Of a DNA stretch of 64,000 bases, positions 56,842-64,000 are shown in pieces. The number at the start of each line of letters is the position of its first letter. Position 1 is the stretch's first letter. The notes beneath the pieces are model-generated. The model had not been told where the DNA came from. It made no database searches and worked only from the letters and a program-made list of their open reading frames with translations. The translations under genes were made by a program, and so were the position numbers. Origin of the DNA: Verrucomicrobiota bacterium (lineage in GTDB: Bacteria; Verrucomicrobiota; Verrucomicrobiia; Limisphaerales; J093). The stretch spans positions 11,167 through 75,166 of the forward strand of contig JAKQDD010000196.1 of NCBI GenBank assembly GCA_029556615.1. The letters run 5' to 3'.

Positions 56842-59631
56842 TCAGCGCACCTCGATGAGATGGCGCCCGGGCTCGAGCCGCACGGGGATCCGGGTTGGGC
56901 TGCGGTCAGGGTCGGGTCGGGTCACCTTGAGGGGTTGTCCGTCGAGTTGGAGCGTGGCGCTGGGCTGGAGCGGCACGACGGCGGTGGCGGCGGTATTGGG
57001 AGGGACCTGGAATTCGTAGCGGCAGCCTTGGGGTTCGCGTTTCCAGCGGCTCTCGATCGTGCCGTAGGGGGACTGAAAGCGGGCGGTCACCCACTCGATG
57101 GGAGAGTCCGTCCAGACACCGGGTCGAAGGACGAAATCCTGGTAGCCAAGGCCGTCGGGACCGGGCTGGATGCCGGCCAGGCCCTCGATGAACCAGGCGC
57201 CCAAGTGGAGATAGGAGCTATGGCATTGGGAGAGTTTGCCTTCCCAGTCTTCCCAGAGGGTGGTGGCGCCCTTGGCGAGCATGTGACCCCATCCCGGGTA
57301 ATCCTGCTGGTGGGCCATGGTGTACATCAGATCCGGCCGGTCATGGTCAATCAAGGCTCTCACGATGAACGATCCGCCGGTAATGCCGCCCCAGAAATGA
57401 CCGCGGCGCGTGGTGAGGATTTCGTCCTCGAAGCGCTTCCAGACGCCGGCTTCGAGGGGTTGGGGAGGGAGACCGGTCAGGAGGGCGATGGCGAGGTAAG
57501 CCTGGAAGCCGTTCACGTAGTTTGCTGTGGCCGGATCATAGAACTCGCGGTGAACCGCGGCTCGCACGCGACGGGCGCGATCGGTCCAGCTCTCGGCCTC
57601 TGGTGTTCGTCCCAGGGCGCGCGCGATGCGGGCGGCGGTATCGAGATTGTAGATCCAGTAACAGTTGTTGAAGAACAACGTCTCGCGCGTGTCGCCATTG
57701 ACCCCCTCGGCTCCGGGCCAAAGCCAGTCCCCGAGAAAATCCCACTCCCCGCCCCACCGGCGGAGGAGGTCGTTGGCCGACTTGGTTTCGAGGAAGGCCA
57801 GCCAGCGGGCGATGGTGTCGAAGTTGGTCTCGAGGATCCGGCGGTCGCCGTATCGGCGATGGAGTTCCCAGGGCAACGTGACACAGAAGCCGCTCCAGCC
57901 CGGTCCGCCGCCGCCCCAGTAGGTTGGGGCGGTGTAGGGCAGGTTGCCGGGCTCGATGCCTGTGCCAGAGCCGGCCTGGCCCTCCTTGCGATCGATGCCC
58001 CAGGCGGCGGCCTTGCCCTGGACGTCGCGCCAGTCCTGGCTCCATTTGGTGTAGAACGCCCCGAGGCTGAAATGATCCAGGCCGGTGGCGGTGGTGGCGT
58101 GGGCGTCGCCGCCGTACCCCATGCGCTCGCGCTGGGGGCAATCCACGACGTAGCCGCCCAGGCTGAGGTTCTCGAAGGTCCAGAGGATCGCGGCGTGGAT
58201 GCGATTGAACAATGGGTCCGAGCACTCGAACGCGGTGGCGGGGGCGTAGTCCGAGCGGATGAGCCAGCCGCGGAGGGTATCGGGCCGGGGCGCCTTGCGC
58301 AGGCCTTGGACCTGGATCCAGCGGCCGACGCCGTAGTTGAACCGGTTGCGGAAGGTTGCCCGACCACCAGGCCCGAGGATCAGCACACTGCGAAGCCGGT
58401 GGGTCATCGGCTCCTCCCGGCGCTCGGACCATTGGAATTCGATGCGGTCGCCCGGTTGGCCTTCGACCGGCACTTCGATCCAGCCGGCGAAAACCCGGCC
58501 CATGTCAATCCGCCAGACTCCCGGCCGGCTTTCAACGATCTCGACGGGTTTGAGCTCGTGCACGAGACGGTTCGGTTCGACGGTGTCGGCGGAAACCGTC
58601 AGGCGCGGTGAATAGGTTGTGACCGGTTTCCACCCGGAATCGTCGCGCATCGGATCGCACCAATCGGGCCTCTCGCGGTTCGCATCGTAGAGTTCGCCGC
58701 CGAAATGCATGAAATCCCAGACGCCGAGGAGGGTGTTGGGACTTGGGTGCCAGGACCAGGTCGCGTCGGTGGCGATACGCCGGGTCGTGCCGTCCGGCAA
58801 TTCAACGTCCACTTGCGCGAGCACGATGGGTGCCGCCGGTTTGTCGGGTGTCCGGTAGGGCGGGAAGATCGACCACGCAGTGCCAAGCCAGAGTCCGAGC
58901 CGGTTCGGTCCGGGCCGGAGCAGGCCGGTGATGTCGTAGGTGACGTAACGGGCGCGGCGCGTGTGGTCCGTGGCCGAGGGGGCGAGCACAGCGTCGCCGG
59001 CCTTTTGGCCGTTCACGTGGAGTTCGTGATAGCCGATCGAGGCCACGTGCATGAGGGCGCGCCGGGGAGCGGCGCTCAACTCGAAACGCTTGCACAGCCA
59101 GGGATCCGGCAGGGTGTTGTCCGGCGGCGGGGATCCCTTGCCCCGCTCGAAGTTCTGGCCGGTCCCGATCCACCCGGCCGTCCAATCGGCGTCGCTCATG
59201 GGGCCCATCGACCACGTGGCGGCTGGGCTCCACGCGGACCACTGACCCCGCTCGTCGGCCACCCGGACTCGCCAGAAGCAGGCGTCGCCCGCGCGCAGCG
59301 CCTTGCCGGCGTAAGCGACGAGATGGGAGTTCGCCGACGTAACCGGGCCGGAATCCCAGCGATCGGCGGTTCCGCGGTCGAGTGCGGTGGGGGAGGCTGC
59401 GACTTGCAGGTGGTAGGCCGTCTGCCGCTGGCCGCGCGCGGCGGGATCAACCGCTGCCAGCCGCCAGCTCAAGCGGGGTGCGGGCGTGTCGATCGCCATC
59501 GGGTCCCGCCGATACTCGCAGCGCAAGTCGGACACTGTGACGGACGCCGCGCCGTCCGTGGCGGCGTGCGGCAGATGGGCTGCGGACATCACCATGGCGA
59601 GAGCCAGCCCGAGGTGTTCCAAGGTTCTCAT
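56842..59631 (-). CDS. alpha-L-rhamnosidase (GH78)
   Basis: Start at MRTLEHLGLALAMV (ATG 59631). N-terminal signature LRCEYRRDPMAIDTPAPRLSWRL...QTAYHLQV. The large (alpha/alpha)6 region has CPQRERMGYGGD. Confidence 0.85.
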   Translation of the reverse strand: MRTLEHLGLALAMVMSAAHLPHAATDGAASVTVSDLRCEYRRDPMAIDTPAPRLSWRLAAVDPAARGQRQTAYHLQVAASPTALDRGTADRWDSGPVTSANSHLVAYAGKALRAGDACFWRVRVADERGQWSAWSPAATWSMGPMSDADWTAGWIGTGQNFERGKGSPPPDNTLPDPWLCKRFELSAAPRRALMHVASIGYHELHVNGQKAGDAVLAPSATDHTRRARYVTYDITGLLRPGPNRLGLWLGTAWSIFPPYRTPDKPAAPIVLAQVDVELPDGTTRRIATDATWSWHPSPNTLLGVWDFMHFGGELYDANRERPDWCDPMRDDSGWKPVTTYSPRLTVSADTVEPNRLVHELKPVEIVESRPGVWRIDMGRVFAGWIEVPVEGQPGDRIEFQWSERREEPMTHRLRSVLILGPGGRATFRNRFNYGVGRWIQVQGLRKAPRPDTLRGWLIRSDYAPATAFECSDPLFNRIHAAILWTFENLSLGGYVVDCPQRERMGYGGDAHATTATGLDHFSLGAFYTKWSQDWRDVQGKAAAWGIDRKEGQAGSGTGIEPGNLPYTAPTYWGGGGPGWSGFCVTLPWELHRRYGDRRILETNFDTIARWLAFLETKSANDLLRRWGGEWDFLGDWLWPGAEGVNGDTRETLFFNNCYWIYNLDTAARIARALGRTPEAESWTDRARRVRAAVHREFYDPATANYVNGFQAYLAIALLTGLPPQPLEAGVWKRFEDEILTTRRGHFWGGITGGSFIVRALIDHDRPDLMYTMAHQQDYPGWGHMLAKGATTLWEDWEGKLSQCHSSYLHLGAWFIEGLAGIQPGPDGLGYQDFVLRPGVWTDSPIEWVTARFQSPYGTIESRWKREPQGCRYEFQVPPNTAATAVVPLQPSATLQLDGQPLKVTRPDPDRSPTRIPVRLEPGRHLIEVR

Positions 59632-59684
59632 GACACCGCCTGTCATACCCCGTTCAGGGAGGAGAAGCCAGCTCGGGCGAGGTC

Positions 59685-60479
59685 TCACGGATCCGCCCCC
59701 AGCACCAGGGTCGGGCTGGGATGATCCTGGGAGGTTGATTCGACGCGGACGTGGGTGGCGCCGATCTGCCCGAGGCGCTCGCTGACCACCCGGTGGGCGA
59801 TTTCGGGCCGGTTGCAGTCCCGGCTGAGGTGTCCCAGGTAGACGTGCCGCAGGTCCGCCGAGACCACTTGTTCGGCGACGGCGGCGGCGGCGTCGTTCGA
59901 CAAGTGTCCGTGCCGGCTCAGGATCCGCTGTTTGACGCTCCACGGGCGGCGGGTGTCGTCCTGGAGCAGTTTGAGGTCATGGTTGGTCTCGAGCACCAGC
60001 ACGTGGGCGGGGCGCACCCGTTCCATGACGAGCCGGGTGGCATGACCGAGGTCGGTCAGAAAGCCAATTCGTCCGGCGGGGGTATGCACGAGAAACCCCA
60101 CGGGATCCTGGGCATCGTGCGGCACGGCAAACGTCTCGATGGTGCAATCGCCGATCTCGAACGCGGCTCCAGTTTCGAAGAGCCGGCACTCGAATCGCAT
60201 GCCGAGGGCGTGTTCGATGGCGTCTTTGGTGAGGCGATTGCAGTAGATTGGAACGCGGAGGCGGGCGCAAAGGACGGCGAGGCCCTGGACATGATCGGAG
60301 TGCTCGTGGGTGATCAGGATGCCCTGAAGCCGTTCCGCGTCCCGCTCGATGCCCGCCAGGCGCAGGCGGATCTGCCGCGCGCTGAACCCGGCATCGATCA
60401 GGATCCGAGTATCCCCGGTTTCTAGATACGCACAGTTCCCGCCCGAGCCGCTCCCCAGGATGGTGAATCTCGCCGCCAC
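59685..60479 (-). CDS. MBL-fold metallo-hydrolase
   Basis: HEHSDH motif (ILITHEHSDHVQG), FTILGSGSGGN, SRHGHLSN. GTG start. Confidence 0.8.
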   Translation of the reverse strand: MAARFTILGSGSGGNCAYLETGDTRILIDAGFSARQIRLRLAGIERDAERLQGILITHEHSDHVQGLAVLCARLRVPIYCNRLTKDAIEHALGMRFECRLFETGAAFEIGDCTIETFAVPHDAQDPVGFLVHTPAGRIGFLTDLGHATRLVMERVRPAHVLVLETNHDLKLLQDDTRRPWSVKQRILSRHGHLSNDAAAAVAEQVVSADLRHVYLGHLSRDCNRPEIAHRVVSERLGQIGATHVRVESTSQDHPSPTLVLGADP

Positions 60480-60534
60480 GGAAGCGACGGTAACCGGCGG
60501 TTCGCCTCGGGAACAGGAGGAAAGTGGGCCCGCG

Positions 60535-61980
60535 TCACGCGATCCAACGCCACAGGGTGGCGACGAGCCACGTCACGAGCAGGCCGAGGCCGAGGGGAAG
60601 GAGTGCGGCGACTGCGGTCCAGCGGGCGCTGCGGGTTTCCTTGTAGATGGTGTAGAGGGTGGTGCTGCAGGGGTTGTGCAGCAGGCTGAAGAGCATGAGG
60701 TTGACCGCGGTCAGCCGCGTCCAGCCCCCCTGGGTCAGCAGGGAGCCGAGGGCCTCCGGCGTGTCGAGCTCGAACATCACGCCGGCGCCGGCGCCAATCC
60801 CCGCGGCACGCGTCGTGAGAACCGTCAGCATGAGCACGGTGGGGATCACGATTTCGTTGGCGGGAATGGCCAGGATATAGGCAAGCACGATCACCCCGTT
60901 GAGCCCGAACCAGAACGCGACGGGATCGACCGTGCCGATGAAATGCTCGGCGAGACTGACCCCGCCGACGGTGATGTTGGCCATGAGCCAGATCAGAAGA
61001 CCGGCGGGGAACGCGAACGCCACGGCGCGCCAGAGCACGAATGCCGTGCGGTCGATCAGCGAGACGTAGAGGGTTTGGAAAAACCTCGGCGGCCGATACG
61101 GGGGGAGTTCGAGGCTGAACGTGCTGAGTTCCCCCTTGAGGACGGTGCGTGAGAGGCCCCACGCGGTGCCCAGGGTCGCGATCACGCCCAACACCGCCAC
61201 CCCGGTAACCGCCAGCGCGGCGAGCAGACCCGCCTGGTGCGGTGGCAGGAGGCTGCCGATGAAGACCGTGGCTATCAGGAACTGGGTCGGCCAGCGGCCG
61301 TTGCAGAGGGCGAAGTTGTTGGTCAGGATGGCGATCAACCGCTCGCGCGGGCTGTCGATGATGCGCGTCGCCACCACGCCCGCCGCGTTGCAGCCGAACC
61401 CCATCATCGTGGTCATCGCCTGTTTCCCGTGGGCTCCCGCCTGGTGAAACAGCCGATCGAGGTTGAAGGCCACCCGCGGGAGATAGCCGAAGTCCTCGAG
61501 CAGCGTGAACAAGGGAAAGAAGATCGCCATGGGCGGCAGCATGACGCTGACGACCCACGCCGTGGCCAGGTAGCCGCCATCCACCAGCACGCCGCGCACG
61601 CCCGCCGGGATCCCGAGCTGGCTCGCGACCCCGTTCAACCAGGGATGCAGCGTGTCGACCAGAAGACTCGACAGCAGACGCGACGGGACGTTCGCGCCGG
61701 TGATCGTGAGCCAGAACATCCCGGCGAACAACAACAGCATGATCGGGAAGCCCCAGATTCGGCTCGTGACCACCCGGTCGAGCCAGCGATCCAACGTGAG
61801 CCGTGCGGGCCGACGCGGCGTCGAGACACAGCGGCCAGCGATGCGCTCCGCCTCCGCGTAGATCGCCGCCACCACCGGCTCATGGACATCGCCGGGCAGG
61901 CGCTGACGCCACGTCTGGACCGCGGCGAGGAGGGACACCACCGCCGACGGGCTGCCGCGGTCGGGAAGTCCGGCGTTCAT
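60535..61980 (-). CDS. feoB: ferrous iron transporter FeoB, membrane (permease) part
   Basis: Polytopic. LDRWLDRVVTSRIWGFPIMLLLF is a typical entry into the FeoB membrane domain. Gate-motif-like regions are present. The ATG overlaps the stop of the G-domain ORF (ATGA). Confidence 0.85.
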   Translation of the reverse strand: MNAGLPDRGSPSAVVSLLAAVQTWRQRLPGDVHEPVVAAIYAEAERIAGRCVSTPRRPARLTLDRWLDRVVTSRIWGFPIMLLLFAGMFWLTITGANVPSRLLSSLLVDTLHPWLNGVASQLGIPAGVRGVLVDGGYLATAWVVSVMLPPMAIFFPLFTLLEDFGYLPRVAFNLDRLFHQAGAHGKQAMTTMMGFGCNAAGVVATRIIDSPRERLIAILTNNFALCNGRWPTQFLIATVFIGSLLPPHQAGLLAALAVTGVAVLGVIATLGTAWGLSRTVLKGELSTFSLELPPYRPPRFFQTLYVSLIDRTAFVLWRAVAFAFPAGLLIWLMANITVGGVSLAEHFIGTVDPVAFWFGLNGVIVLAYILAIPANEIVIPTVLMLTVLTTRAAGIGAGAGVMFELDTPEALGSLLTQGGWTRLTAVNLMLFSLLHNPCSTTLYTIYKETRSARWTAVAALLPLGLGLLVTWLVATLWRWIA

Positions 61981-62786
61981 GGCGAACGAGCCGCGGGTGT
62001 GCCGTGGCCGAGGAAGTCCCCCCGTCGGAGGGCTTCGACGATGTGCTCGTCCCCGGCCAGCAGGCGCAAGGCGATCCAGCGCGGATTGGACAGCCCCGGG
62101 TGGGCGGCTTCGAGCCGGGCGACGAGGTCGGTCAGGGCGGCTTGCAGGACTGGCGGATCGGGCACCAGTTGCCGGGGCGGTCGAGGATGGGGGTCGGTCG
62201 CCACGTCCGCGATCGCCGCCAGCAAGGCGGGCACCCCCTCGCCGCGGCGGGCGGCAGCGGGCACGACCGGCACGCCCAGATCCCGGGCCAACTGCCGGTC
62301 GTCAACTTCCAGACCGTGCCGCCGGGCTTCGTCCATGAGGTTCAGACACACCACGGCGCGGCCGGTAATCTCCAGGACCTGCAGCACGAGGTTCAGATTG
62401 CGCTCGAGGCGGGTGGCGTCGACGACGATCACGGTGACCTCGGGCTCCGCCAATAGGATGAAATCCCGCGCAATCTCCTCGTCAGGGCTGGTTGACAACA
62501 ACGAGTAGGTCCCGGGCAAATCGACAAGCTTGTACCGGCGCCCGCGATACTCGAAACCGCCCTCAGCCCGGGTGACGGTCTTTCCGGGCCAGTTCCCCGT
62601 ATGCTGCCGCAGGCCGGTGAGCGCGTTGAAGACGGTGCTCTTGCCCGTGTTCGGGTTTCCCGCGAGTGCGACCACGGAATCCCAGCGATTGGCGGCCAGG
62701 CCGAGCTTGCGGAGGCGGGAGGTGCGATCGATGCCGCAGCGCGCACAGCCTCCGGAGGCCTGGGATCGAGGGGGCGGGCCGGTCAT
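61977..62786 (-). CDS. feoB: ferrous iron transporter FeoB, N-terminal GTPase + helical domain part
   Basis: G1 motif LAGNPNTGKST, G2 region WPGKTV, G3 DLPGTYSL, G4 NLMD. The helical S-domain segment follows. Confidence 0.85.
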   Translation of the reverse strand: MTGPPPRSQASGGCARCGIDRTSRLRKLGLAANRWDSVVALAGNPNTGKSTVFNALTGLRQHTGNWPGKTVTRAEGGFEYRGRRYKLVDLPGTYSLLSTSPDEEIARDFILLAEPEVTVIVVDATRLERNLNLVLQVLEITGRAVVCLNLMDEARRHGLEVDDRQLARDLGVPVVPAAARRGEGVPALLAAIADVATDPHPRPPRQLVPDPPVLQAALTDLVARLEAAHPGLSNPRWIALRLLAGDEHIVEALRRGDFLGHGTPAARSP

Positions 62787-63805
62787 GCAGACGATGATCC
62801 GAGGGTGCGGATGCGGATGAGGTTGGCCTGTTCGCGGCGCAGGGCCACGACCGTGCCCCGAAGGCGGTAGGCGGTCGGATCGCCCGCCGGGCTGACCTGC
62901 TCGTGGGCGACGATCGTGCCCGGGACGAATCCGAGATCCAGGAGTCGCCGCCGTTCGGCGCCGCGGCAGGCTGGGGAGAGGCCCAGGACGGTTGCCTGAG
63001 TCCCCCGAGCAAGGCCCGAGAGGAATTCCTCCTCGACCAGGTCCCGGGGGTTCACCTCGGGCAGGGGCACCACGAAGACATTCTCGGCGAGCACCGGGGA
63101 CAAGCGATGCTCGGTGCCGTCGGCCAGGAACCGGACCCCGGCCGGCGATCGCTGGCTCACCAGGACCCGCATGCCGACCCGGAGGTTCAAGGCTGCAATC
63201 TCGCGGTAGACCGACTCGGGCTCATCCTCGATGTGCGTGATCATGACGGGAAGATCCAGCGGAGCGCCATTCAGCGATCGCCCCGACTCGGCGGCGAGCG
63301 GTCCTCGGGGCTCGGGGATGACGTCCCCGTGGGGATCGTGCGTGGGATGTCCCAGCCGGGCGGAGAGGGCGTCGGCATCCTGCGGCGTCAGCAAATGCTC
63401 CTGCCGCTCGGCCTGGCGATGCCACTCCGTCTCCTCGACACCGGTCTGGTCGGCGAGGTAGCTCTCCCAGAGGCGGTGCGCGCGGATGATGTGAACCGCG
63501 AGCTCCCGCCCGGGACCGAGCAGTCCCAGTCGGCCTTCGTCGAATGAGACCAGACCCGACTCCTGCAGGCGGGCAAGGAGACTGGCTGCGGCTCCCGAGG
63601 GGATGCCGAGGGCGCCGGCCAGGCTCTCGAGGGTGGCTGTGCGGCTGGCAGCCTCGCACTTGAGGATGTGCTTCAGCGCGTCCTCCTGGCGCGCCCGGAT
63701 CGCTTGCTGCCGCGATCGGCGCGCGCGGGCGAGCAGGCCGCTTCGGGGCCACAACAGCACGGCAAGGCCGGCCACCACGAGAATGCCCAGGATGCCGGCG
63801 TTCAT
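62783..63805 (-). CDS. membrane-anchored DtxR/MntR-like regulator fused to two FeoA (SH3-like) domains
   Basis: N-terminal TM helix ILGILVVAGLAVLLW. wHTH region. DtxR dimerisation/metal region HRLWESYL...WHRQAERQEH...GHPTHDPHGDVIP. Then two FeoA-like segments (VGMRVLV..., LLDLGFVPGTIV...). The stop overlaps the feoB-N start (ATGA). Confidence 0.75.
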   Translation of the reverse strand: MNAGILGILVVAGLAVLLWPRSGLLARARRSRQQAIRARQEDALKHILKCEAASRTATLESLAGALGIPSGAAASLLARLQESGLVSFDEGRLGLLGPGRELAVHIIRAHRLWESYLADQTGVEETEWHRQAERQEHLLTPQDADALSARLGHPTHDPHGDVIPEPRGPLAAESGRSLNGAPLDLPVMITHIEDEPESVYREIAALNLRVGMRVLVSQRSPAGVRFLADGTEHRLSPVLAENVFVVPLPEVNPRDLVEEEFLSGLARGTQATVLGLSPACRGAERRRLLDLGFVPGTIVAHEQVSPAGDPTAYRLRGTVVALRREQANLIRIRTLGSSSA

Positions 63806-63827
63806 GGCATCGAGCGCCCCGGTTGGT

Positions 63828-64000
63828 CTACCGCGTCAGGCGGAAGAACCAGGGAGCCCCCGCAGCCGGCACGGCGTAGGGAGCACCAGCCTGAGGCAGG
63901 GATTGCCAGGGACCGAACAGGGAGTGGCTGCTTTGTAGCACGGCAAAGGCGTCCTCCCAGTAGAGATACTGCGCGCCGCCCTCGGCGTAGAACGTCAGCG
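63828..64000 (-). CDS. 3' end of a secreted protein carrying the C-terminal FFRL module (partial; continues beyond the window)
   Basis: Not in the track because it is open to the edge. My translation is ...LTFYAEGGAQYLYWEDAFAVLQSSHSLFGPWQSLPQAGAPYAVPAAGAPWFFRLTR-stop (TAG at 63828-63830). Confidence 0.5.
   Translation of the reverse strand, partial: LTFYAEGGAQYLYWEDAFAVLQSSHSLFGPWQSLPQAGAPYAVPAAGAPWFFRLTR

Noticed and set aside
61960-62010. The FeoB split as a sequencing or assembly frameshift.
   Set aside because: This cannot be excluded without reads. However, the permease frame upstream of its ATG encodes only Arg/Pro-rich nonsense, and the junction is a clean ATGA overlap like others in this window. 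It is therefore reported as a probable native split.

Overview
This is a visibly high-GC chromosomal segment. Its protein signatures point to a PVC-superphylum bacterium, most likely Verrucomicrobiota (inference). Those signatures are prepilin-type N-termini with the H-X9-DG motif, a delta-60 repeat protein, giant LTD/LamG/CotH exoproteins, a TAT-signal Gfo/Idh/MocA protein next to ThuA, and a BatA/BatB operon.

I support about 55 CDS:
- Housekeeping: tyrA-aroA, infA, a UvrA-family gene, leuA, purSQ, pyrH-frr, ruvB.
- A five-gene MoxR/DUF58/DUF4381/BatA/BatB operon.
- Secreted glycan- and lipid-active enzymes: GH33 sialidase, GH78 rhamnosidase, a ceramidase-like hydrolase, an esterase-SGNH fusion.
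- Several very large surface proteins.
- A Feo iron-uptake locus with a split FeoB and a membrane-anchored DtxR-FeoA fusion.
- A small toxin-antitoxin islet (VapBC plus a nucleotidyltransferase pair).

I found no rRNA, tRNA, CRISPR array, transposase or phage gene. Most long ORFs in the six-frame track that run antisense to these genes are GC artefacts.

The most interesting signal is non-coding. A dispersed two-hairpin element of about 180 nt occurs as three full and two partial copies, all in the same orientation. It mostly sits stop-to-stop between convergent genes and shows one compensatory base-pair change. I do not recognise it as a described family. Other convergent gaps hold long imperfect palindromes.

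A second recurring signal is a roughly 70-aa C-terminal module ending in RFYR/FFRL, shared by five otherwise unrelated secreted proteins.

All coordinates for non-coding features were hand-indexed and may be off by 1-2 nt.
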